A stretch of DNA of 64,000 nucleotides from a virus. The notes beneath the pieces are model-generated. The model made no database searches. It was not told the DNA's origin and saw nothing but the letters and a program-made list of their open reading frames with translations. Both the position numbers and the translations under genes were made by a program. Every line of letters starts with the position of its first letter. Position 1 is the first letter of the stretch. The stretch lies in IMG/VR virus record IMGVR_UViG_3300045988_027877, positions 32,001-96,000 of that record; one strand, 5' to 3'. This document shows, one piece after another, positions 57,246 through 64,000 of this stretch.

Positions 57246-57908
57246 CTATGCTGCAAGCAGCTTTGACCTAGTATAATAAGTTATACTATTGTCTCCTTCC
57301 ATATCATAAACGGTAACACCAGTAAAAGAGGAATCCTTTTCAAATTTCTTAGCTTCTTTTACTGCTAATTTGAAAGCGTCTTCTTTAGAAGTAGCTTCAA
57401 AATAGTCGGTCTTGAAATCGTATACTCTGTGATCTTCTATAGTTTGTACTACTGCTGGTACAATCTTTTCAGGTCTCTTTCGTTGAATTACGTATTTAAA
57501 TTTACGTTTATTCACTTCCTCTTCGGAAGGAATTACAACTTCTTTCTTAGCAAATAGATTCTTTTTTACAGTACGAGTGAATTTCTTCTTCTCTTTTCTT
57601 GTATACTTAATAGTAGGATCGAAGCCAGCACTAGCTAAGATCTGTTTAATACGATCTTTCTTAGCTTGTTTAGCTGTTTTATTCTCTTGTCTTGCATTTT
57701 TACCTATATCTGTTGTGTAGCTCTTCTGGCTAACTTTTCCAACGATATTAGTAATACTGACTTTCCCATCTTCTCCTTTAGTAATAAAGGGTGACGGACC
57801 CGGACTTCTAAATACTACTTCTGTCTTCTTTGAACGACGTAGTTTAGAACGGTTAGTTCTGGATAATTTTACTCCAGTTCTCTTATGTTGTACTTTCTGC
57901 TTTTTCAT
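57246..57908 (-). CDS. Second basic Lys/Arg-rich protein
   Basis: 220-aa ORF. Ends in TAG 57246-57248, with the next in-frame stop (TGA) 9 codons later. Confidence 0.55.
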   Translation of the reverse strand: MKKQKVQHKRTGVKLSRTNRSKLRRSKKTEVVFRSPGPSPFITKGEDGKVSITNIVGKVSQKSYTTDIGKNARQENKTAKQAKKDRIKQILASAGFDPTIKYTRKEKKKFTRTVKKNLFAKKEVVIPSEEEVNKRKFKYVIQRKRPEKIVPAVVQTIEDHRVYDFKTDYFEATSKEDAFKLAVKEAKKFEKDSSFTGVTVYDMEGDNSITYYTRSKLLAA

Positions 57909-57924
57909 CTTGATAATGTTTAAT

Positions 57925-57932
57925 AGTTAATA
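57925..57932 (-). promoter_or_regulatory. TATTAACT motif 16 nt upstream of ATG 57908
   Basis: Minus strand: agTATTAACTattaaacattatcaagATG, directly after hairpin 57936-57953. Confidence 0.3.
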
Positions 57933-57935
57933 CTA

Positions 57936-57953
57936 GTGAGCCCGAAGGCTCAC
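57936..57953 (-). terminator. Hairpin with UUCG tetraloop between two early genes
   Basis: Minus strand: GTGAGCC-TTCG-GGCTCAC, 5 nt after the stop of 57959-58468. No T-run. Confidence 0.4.
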
Positions 57954-57958
57954 ATTTA

Positions 57959-58468
57959 TTATGCCGCTAGGCAAATTGGTGCAGACTCTATATCTAGTTC
58001 TGCTTTTTCGTTGAAATCTACTAAATCTTTTGTTAATTTATTGATCTCTAGCTGAAGCTTATTCTTCAACGTACCAATAAAGGCAGAAGTAAGCTCTTCT
58101 GTATTATTGAGCGCTTTCTTACCCTTAGCACGTTTAAGCTTCGGATCAATTGTTTTAATTCGATTTAAATGGTTTAATTGTTCTTGTTTCTCTGAAAGTG
58201 AAAATATCGTAATGTAATTATTATCATTAGACAATTCTGAAAACTTCTTGTATCCCATGTTAATACACTGTAGATACAACTTCATAAGGAAACGTTCTTC
58301 AGCCATCTCTTGGATCTTAGTAAGTAATACTTTAAGATCATAGTTTCGCTTTGCTTCCTTAGAAATAACGTTTTCAATCTGTATTATGTGCCAATACTTA
58401 GTTATATCTTTACTAAGATTGTAAATACGTTCTTTTGCATATTTAGATGTAATTGATTTCATATTCAA
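57959..58468 (-). CDS. Hypothetical protein
   Basis: 169-aa ORF with TAA stop. Confidence 0.5.
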   Translation of the reverse strand: MNMKSITSKYAKERIYNLSKDITKYWHIIQIENVISKEAKRNYDLKVLLTKIQEMAEERFLMKLYLQCINMGYKKFSELSNDNNYITIFSLSEKQEQLNHLNRIKTIDPKLKRAKGKKALNNTEELTSAFIGTLKNKLQLEINKLTKDLVDFNEKAELDIESAPICLAA

Positions 58469-58484
58469 GTGATTTGTTTTTTTA

Positions 58485-58492
58485 AGTTAATA
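58485..58492 (-). promoter_or_regulatory. TATTAACT motif 16 nt upstream of ATG 58468
   Basis: Minus strand: agTATTAACTtaaaaaaacaaatcacttgaatATG. Confidence 0.3.
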
Positions 58493-58519
58493 CTCAACCA
58501 AATTACGTCTACTAGTTAG

Positions 58520-58584
58520 TCATGCATGAGAGGATCAAACTCCCGTCTCTCTAAAGAGCGCTCTAATCACTAAGCTAATGCATG
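58520..58584 (-). ncRNA. tRNA-like element (65 nt) with truncated anticodon arm
   Basis: Minus strand: CATGCAT-TA-GCTT-AGTGATTA-GAGC-G-CTCT-TTAG-AGAG-AC-GGGAG-TTTGATC-CTCTC-ATGCATG-A. It has a perfect 7-bp acceptor stem, a D arm and a T arm. The central arm is only a 4-bp stem with a tetraloop. Confidence 0.4.
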
Positions 58585-58681
58585 GGATTGAAACTGCCCA
58601 GTTCAGCAGTCTCTATTTTGTTGTAGTACCCCATTCAGTACTATAACAAAGAGATTAATTGACAAGTGTCCAGTTCAACAC

Positions 58682-59242
58682 TTATTCGTCAATTATAACT
58701 GTTTTACCAAGATAGCACGGTAATACCCGTCCATCTTCTAGTCTAATACCTATAAAGCCCCGAGGACCTTCAGTCATCTTAACTTTTCGGTTGTGCCCTT
58801 TCTCATCTGCATACTTTTGTAAATACTTTTCATTGATATACTTAGAGTGTAACTCCCCGTTCGGACTACACCGTAAGTTATCAAATAAGATGTCTACTAT
58901 ACAGTCGAGATCATTATTATCTTCAGCTTCCTTAAGTATGGCTTTCATCATGCCATAGAAAGCTTCTTCATTTTTTGCTTCTCCAGAGCCAGACATTATG
59001 CTTGCTGCTTTGATTGCGATATCCGTGATACTCACCGATCCATGAGTATTAAAGAATCGTTGCAACCATTTCGGACCTGAACCATAATATAAGATAACCT
59101 GTCCATTATCTAATATATCTACCTTTTTTGGCTGCTCTTCAAGTCTCCCATTCAATACCTTTACTTTAGCCAAAATAGATGGTTCATATATGATTAGCAT
59201 ACGTAAGAAGTCAACCCGAGAAGGTGACAATCTTCCTATCAT
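58682..59242 (-). CDS. Hypothetical protein
   Basis: 186-aa ORF with TAA stop. Confidence 0.5.
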   Translation of the reverse strand: MIGRLSPSRVDFLRMLIIYEPSILAKVKVLNGRLEEQPKKVDILDNGQVILYYGSGPKWLQRFFNTHGSVSITDIAIKAASIMSGSGEAKNEEAFYGMMKAILKEAEDNNDLDCIVDILFDNLRCSPNGELHSKYINEKYLQKYADEKGHNRKVKMTEGPRGFIGIRLEDGRVLPCYLGKTVIIDE

Positions 59243-59247
59243 AATGT

Positions 59248-59880
59248 TTATTCGCTCTTTTCAATGTGAACGTTTACCTCAAGTTCTGCACTGCTGATAC
59301 CGCATTCGCGCATATAGTTAGTGTAGATCCGTCGGTTGTTTTCTGAATATCCACGAACAGTCTTAGCGAGCATCATACACTTACGAGCCATTTCCTCGTA
59401 CGTATTGATACTACCGTTGTTCGCGATCTCTACGAGCTTGTCAAGGTTCGGCAAGTCTTCAGCAGAGAAGAACATCGGTTTGCTACCTGGCTTACTAAGC
59501 CGGTCAATAGCTTCAGTGACTGTTTCACGAGTTGCTTTACTGAAATCCGGTTCAGCGATTTCGAACATCATCGGTTCTACGCCGGGAATACCAACATTGA
59601 TACCGATCTTCGGCCGTTGATCCAAATCTTTTTCAATAATACTGATACTCATAATGTCAATAGCTTTGACAATATAAGCCTTAATTTCGTTGCGGAAATC
59701 ATTGATTCCGTTCATAGTGTTTTCCTTCCATTTCGGATCAGGACAAACAGCTACGATAGTAAACACTTGCTTACCGAACAAAGGTCCGTAATACTTCTGA
59801 GCGATTTGCCGGTTCTGGGCAAGAATCTGTGCAGCCATAGTTCCAACTACGGGGTTGCCGTTCTGATTAATATTGTCCAT
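59248..59880 (-). CDS. Hypothetical protein (GC-richer than the bulk of the window)
   Basis: 210-aa ORF with TAA stop. Confidence 0.5.
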   Translation of the reverse strand: MDNINQNGNPVVGTMAAQILAQNRQIAQKYYGPLFGKQVFTIVAVCPDPKWKENTMNGINDFRNEIKAYIVKAIDIMSISIIEKDLDQRPKIGINVGIPGVEPMMFEIAEPDFSKATRETVTEAIDRLSKPGSKPMFFSAEDLPNLDKLVEIANNGSINTYEEMARKCMMLAKTVRGYSENNRRIYTNYMRECGISSAELEVNVHIEKSE

Positions 59881-59943
59881 AAAAATGTTTCCCTTCTTGA
59901 TTCCGTACTTGATATACCATACGGATCATTTTAATGTTTTTTA

Positions 59944-59951
59944 AGTTAATA
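59944..59951 (-). promoter_or_regulatory. TATTAACT motif 63 nt upstream of ATG 59880
   Basis: Minus strand: aaTATTAACTtaaaaaacattaaaatg... Confidence 0.25.
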
Positions 59952-60074
59952 TTCGTTTTAATGCTCTCTACCGTTCGATTATTTCTTAGCACTACAGTAA
60001 TGGTAGTGGTGAATTCAATCACATAATCTACTAAGCTTTAATAGAATAAATGTCAATTTATTTGAAAATATCAT

Positions 60075-60115
60075 CTGATAAAATCTCTGATAAAATATGA
60101 CAAAGATTGATAAAT
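60075..60115. repeat. Iteron-like short direct repeats (CTGATAAAAT x2, TTGATAAAT)
   Basis: CTGATAAAAT at 60075-60084 and 60087-60096; TTGATAAAT at 60107-60115. Confidence 0.4.
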
Positions 60116-62102
60116 GTTTATCGTCCCGTGTCGACGGCTAAGATTCAACTCTTTCGATGCTTAGCGCACCTATCACCGTAATCCTATATCGCGATTGGAT
60201 GCAATATAGAAAACTAAGTCAATGGCATCTTTTCAGCCTATTAGTATTTCCGGAAATTACGACAATCTATGCGATTGAAGGTCGTTTTATCTAAACATTA
60301 CTAAAACTCACAAGCCCATTGCTTGAAGCATGGCCCACTTGTACCTCTCGGATTTGTTGTTTATACTGCGCGAATACTGGGATTTCCACCCTTCATCGTT
60401 TCCTTACTGCCTAATTGCTCTTGCTATTAGGTCAAAATGTACTTAGCCCTTTAATCTACCGAGACAGGGTGATTGGCTGTAGGTTATTAACGATTCAGCG
60501 TTCTCTTTACACATTTATTTGCTGTAAATGTTTTAGGAGTGTCTAATGTCAGCGTAACGGTTGGCAGTCTAAGGGTGACTCGTACTCCATGCGGTCTATC
60601 TTACAACTGATAATTTGCCACTTCTGTACTATCATTGAACTTCCTTAATTATTTGTGACCATAGCCTTCCTTCACTATGCGTCGATTAATAATATATTAA
60701 CTATCTCTTAGAACAGATTTAACTAGGCCAGTTCTATTCGGCATTAACTTTCAGATGCAGTAGAGTAACATCATCTGTTCACAATCTTACCTCTCTGGTT
60801 CCAGGGTTCTAAGCTGGAGCAGCTTGGCTCTTACTTGTTAACTTGTTGTTTTTGACTACTACTAATATCTCCTACTCTGGAATGAGTGTGATAATCTAAT
60901 AGTACACCTTTTCATATCTTGAAAGGTATAAGCTCTGCTGTTTTTTAATAGGAGTACCAAGACTCTCCTTGCTTATTATTTTATGCCATATCATACTTGC
61001 TAAAGGTATGTGACAACTAGAATCAGGGTTATAGCGCCCTCAAACCGCCTGAACACTCTGGGTTCAGTCATTCCTCATTCATTTATACTCACACGAACGA
61101 CTAAGCACGTGAGTCACTTTAGACTTGAAAGAATGCTATCAATCTCATATAGCTTCATCCCTCATACGTAAGTTCTTTTGCAGCACACTATTTACGATAA
61201 TGCACAGGATTGGCTCCTGCTCCACGATAATCAATCAGAGTAAAACTACACGTAGTTCTACAATCTGGATCATTGCGTTTCCAGCTTTCATATCCTTACT
61301 TTGCATAAGTATGTACCATAACACGGTTATCCTTCATTAGTATCAGTATTTACTTCCCTTCATATAACGGCTATCTACAAGCTTTTACGAGTAGACGAGA
61401 CAGATTCTCTCCATTAGAACACTAGAAGTTAGCACCCGTATTTTCTCTTTCTGAACGCATACTTGCGCTTTTGTTAAGCGAGTTTGGAGCCCGCTGGAGG
61501 ACGTTCGTCAGTCCTTAATATAAATATATGTTTCGACGTTCCTTTCCAAAGGGATTAGTCCAAGAGCCGTATTGCCCTTGTTTCAGCATCGTGTTTATAC
61601 TCCTTTTTGAATCACATCTTGATAGTGCATACGAGCATTAGGATTTCGTTCCTATTTTGGAGATTATGGATATTGTTACTAAGTAGTTTTATTTGTTTAT
61701 TCTACCAACTATATCTCTCCGATTTGAATTAATTTATGACTAGGGTATCTTCTTGTAGCTCCTAAATCAAGGGTTCTTCACATTTAATATCGCCAGCCGG
61801 TTCTCATATTATTTGCGTGGGCTATTCACCCTCTCCCACTTTCCCTACCTTTTTCACCAGTATGGGCTATTATCCTACCTTTTGAGTATCTCACCGTTGT
61901 TGCGGCTATGGAGCATCTCATAACTACTCCTGACATATTCTCGGATTCTGTATCTTTTCGGGCTATGTGTTAATGGACACAAACTCCCTGACGCGGTAGT
62001 ACTTGAAAACTTCCTACTGTGACCGCCGGAGTGATTCACGCTTTGGTTTTACTCCTCTCGAACCATAGTATAATTATAGTATTTGTATAGCGGCTATTAC
62101 TA

Positions 62103-62528
62103 TTAACTTTTTTCCGCTGAGGATTTATCTTCTCCTGCAATTTCTTGTTCTGGTCTTGCCGGAATAATTTCTCCTGATGGTAGAAATATTGTAGCTACAA
62201 CTTTCTTGCCACGGCATAGATCAACTACGCCATCTTTTATATCACTACTACTGATATAATCGACAGGATCCATTCTTCCTGGATCAAATCCATCCAAACT
62301 AGCACAAATCTTACTTACAGACGAGCGTAAGTACTGTTCTACGAATAAGGTATTACTGATACTAGCTTTCGCTTGTACCTGTATGAGATTAGAGTTCTCT
62401 CCAGCTACTATAAAGTAGTTGGTTTGGTCTATCACTGAATCTAAATTACGCCTTGCATCTTTGCAACTACGAATGATACGTGATAGCCGTACCATCGTAG
62501 TAAGCATAATAAGATTCTTCTTATTCAT
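62103..62528 (-). CDS. Hypothetical protein
   Basis: The ORF track gives 62103-62555. ATG 62528 (MNKKNLIML...) gives an ATGAATAA overlap with the upstream stop, so I prefer it. Confidence 0.45.
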   Translation of the reverse strand: MNKKNLIMLTTMVRLSRIIRSCKDARRNLDSVIDQTNYFIVAGENSNLIQVQAKASISNTLFVEQYLRSSVSKICASLDGFDPGRMDPVDYISSSDIKDGVVDLCRGKKVVATIFLPSGEIIPARPEQEIAGEDKSSAEKS

Positions 62529-62925
62529 TTGAGATATCTTTAGTAAAAGGTGCAAGTGGTTTTACATCCTCTGGCATATTCGCGATACTGCGTACCTTTG
62601 GAAATCCTGTGTTGACTTCTTTTACTCTAGTTCTCCACTTAACAACTGGTTTAAGCTCACCAGTTGTTGTAACGTTCACAATTGCGTCTGCTGTTCCTTT
62701 TACGGATACTTCCTGAGTATTAACGTCATAAGACACAGTAATAGTGTCTACTTTACTCACAGACTGCTTCTCTTCTTTATTAGAGTTCATCATAGACATT
62801 AACTCTAAATATGAAGGAACTACAGGTTGTTGTGCCTGCACGGGTTCGACAGTACTGATTAAATTATAACCAACTAATAAGCTGATTGCAAAGAAACCAA
62901 TTGTCGATAGAATTCTACTATTCAT
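62521..62925 (-). CDS. Small secreted/membrane-anchored protein
   Basis: 134 aa. The N-terminus MNSRILSTIGFFAISLLVGYNLISTVEPVQAQQ looks like a signal peptide or TM anchor. Confidence 0.5.
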   Translation of the reverse strand: MNSRILSTIGFFAISLLVGYNLISTVEPVQAQQPVVPSYLELMSMMNSNKEEKQSVSKVDTITVSYDVNTQEVSVKGTADAIVNVTTTGELKPVVKWRTRVKEVNTGFPKVRSIANMPEDVKPLAPFTKDISNE

Positions 62926-62989
62926 ATTGATTATGAGTTAGTGAACAGTTTCTTAAGGTAGTATACGATATTCCACTTAGACGGCGCTG

Positions 62990-64000
62990 TTAGCTTTTTT
63001 TTTCTTCAGCCGGCTTGTCTTCAGTCTTTGGAGTTTCCGGATATTCTCCAACGAGAGTAGGCAGAGGGCCTTCGAATTCAGCTATCTGATCCATTGGTTG
63101 ACGATATACATTGATGATCTTACCGATTGCGAAACGAATCTGTTCGTTAGTCGGTTCAACCTTGCCTGGATAATAGTTAGCACGTACAAGACTGATAATC
63201 TTGCGAGCAGCAGCACGGGATTCCTTGATTTCCATTAACTGCTCATCTGTAGCATTTTCAGGTACAGGGCGAGTATAATCAGCCATCAATTTGTCAACAT
63301 ATTCCAATCCAACACTACCAACTACAGATTGAATAGCCTTATCCTCTGTAGGTTTCGGCTTTTCGGTTTTGATAACATTGCCGTTTGCGTCAATCTTATC
63401 TTCCAAGCTATAGCGATAGTTTTCCTGAATCAGTACTTTCAGCAGACTGACAATGTCTTCTTCACTCCAGTTAGGCAATTTGCCATGCAGAATACTGTGA
63501 GCAGATACTGGAGAACCTTGCTGTTTCGTATAAAGATATACGGAACGTCCAAGACCCTTCATCAATCCTGCAATTGGAATGAGATGGAAGATTTCGTCAA
63601 TCCATTCGTTAAGTGGTTTAGCATCGAGTGCAAGCTTAGCATCAGCAGAACTTGCGTTGTTCATACACAACCCACGATACCATTCTAAGGTTTTGTCAAT
63701 ACAAACCGTAATATCACGGTTCTGGTGCATCAAATAGTCCAAAGCTGCACAAATCTTTTCGTGATCTGTACCAACTTTGCCATAGTCGAGATCAGGTACA
63801 GTTTGTACCGGAGCTTTCTTATCATTCAATTCTTCGGGAACAACAGTATCCGGTGAAGTGAAATCAATAGCAAGCTGTTTTTCACCTTGCGGGCCTACAA
63901 TTGCTTTTGGTGCAGCAAGAGTAATACCCAGCATTTCTGCTACTTCGTTCAAAGGCATCAGCTGATCTTCAGGTATCTTCGCAACAATCTGACCACCTGA
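62990..64000 (-). CDS. Hypothetical protein, 5' end possibly beyond window edge; GC-richer
   Basis: 322-aa ORF from ATG 63958. The frame stays open upstream to position 64000 (…SGGQIVAKIPEDQL-M). TAA stop at 62990-62992. Confidence 0.5.
   Translation of the reverse strand, partial: SGGQIVAKIPEDQLMPLNEVAEMLGITLAAPKAIVGPQGEKQLAIDFTSPDTVVPEELNDKKAPVQTVPDLDYGKVGTDHEKICAALDYLMHQNRDITVCIDKTLEWYRGLCMNNASSADAKLALDAKPLNEWIDEIFHLIPIAGLMKGLGRSVYLYTKQQGSPVSAHSILHGKLPNWSEEDIVSLLKVLIQENYRYSLEDKIDANGNVIKTEKPKPTEDKAIQSVVGSVGLEYVDKLMADYTRPVPENATDEQLMEIKESRAAARKIISLVRANYYPGKVEPTNEQIRFAIGKIINVYRQPMDQIAEFEGPLPTLVGEYPETPKTEDKPAEEKKS

Larger units (their letters stand above)
59881..62102 (-). other. 2.2-kb ORF-free, GC-elevated, hairpin-dense region: candidate large structured ncRNA and/or replication-origin/regulatory region
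   Basis: No plausible ORF on either strand. Mixed TAA/TAG/TGA occur in all three minus-strand frames that I translated near 62100-61700. Hand-counted GC is 48-52% in two 60-nt lines, versus 30% in a typical coding line. Several perfect 4-6 bp stem hairpins are listed in the finding. Confidence 0.5.

Noticed and set aside
58528-58544. GAGTTTGATCCT, similar to the 16S rRNA 27F primer site
   Set aside because: It forms the T arm of the 65-nt tRNA-like element and has no further rRNA-like context, so it is a coincidence.
60020-60056. Sigma-70-like promoter using the minus-strand TTGACA at 60051-60056
   Set aside because: There is no acceptable -10 hexamer at 16-18 nt (TAGTAG at best), and the likely Bacteroidota-type host does not use this consensus.
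61125-61340. 71-aa plus-strand ORF, the only ORF inside the 2.2-kb gap
   Set aside because: The Cys/Ser/Ile-rich sequence is implausible. It is on the strand opposite to the local transcription direction and is isolated. Its length is within expectation for 2.2 kb across six frames.
61564-61603. GAGCCGTAT, resembling the 5' half of group II intron domain V; also GTGCG at ~60165 on the minus strand
   Set aside because: There is no complementary 3' half (ACGTACGGTTC-like) within hairpin distance, no intron-encoded protein, and the flanking ORFs do not look like split exons.
61860-61975. RNase P RNA-like strings on the minus strand (ACAGAAUCCG, GCUCCAUAG, GGUGAAA)
   Set aside because: Their order is wrong. 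The ACAGAA box precedes the CCAUAG box by about 30 nt, whereas in RNase P RNA they lie at opposite ends. The P4 partner GGAAAGUCCGG is absent.

Overview
This 64-kb window reads as a fragment of an AT-rich crAss-like (Crassvirales-type) podophage genome. All calls come from hand translation and motif recognition only. No searches or folding programs were run, so coordinates of non-coding elements are good to a few nt and domain names are recalled family signatures.

Two convergent gene blocks meet at a bidirectional hairpin terminator at 46628-46653.

(1) Plus strand, 1-46623: late/virion module.
- It contains a giant LamG-CotH-LRR tail protein, a holin plus M15 endolysin, and LamG tail-fibre genes.
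- It also contains a complete diversity-generating retroelement (DGR), neck/tail genes and a free-standing GIY-YIG homing endonuclease.
- Further downstream are Gly-rich internal proteins and a 4,464-codon ORF carrying an HExxH motif and the DFDID motif of crAss-type virion RNA polymerases.
- This block is readable only if TAG is a sense codon. Same-frame ORF fragments are separated exclusively by TAG (about 155 in-frame TAGs by my hand count), and genes end in TAA or TGA.

(2) Minus strand, 46676-64000: replication/early module in the standard code.
- It encodes a PD-(D/E)XK nuclease, an AAA+ ATPase, a Toprim primase, an SSB, a Sak4/AAA_24-like ATPase, a DnaB-like helicase, a family-B DNA polymerase, and basic or unknown proteins.
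- One gene is an exception: a DUF1064/resolvase-like ORF with three in-frame TAGs.

Most noteworthy observations:
- The DGR shows a perfect adenine-only TR/VR mismatch pattern, and its own RT and target genes are TAG-recoded.
- A 2.2-kb ORF-free, GC-elevated, hairpin-dense region (59881-62102) sits inside the early block.
- Three tRNA-derived elements with intact acceptor/T arms but aberrant anticodon regions sit 16-51 nt upstream of early genes.
- An in-frame TGA cuts a LamG domain between two TAG-free, compositionally mosaic tail-fibre ORFs.
- I could not fold a canonical suppressor tRNA(CUA) in this window.
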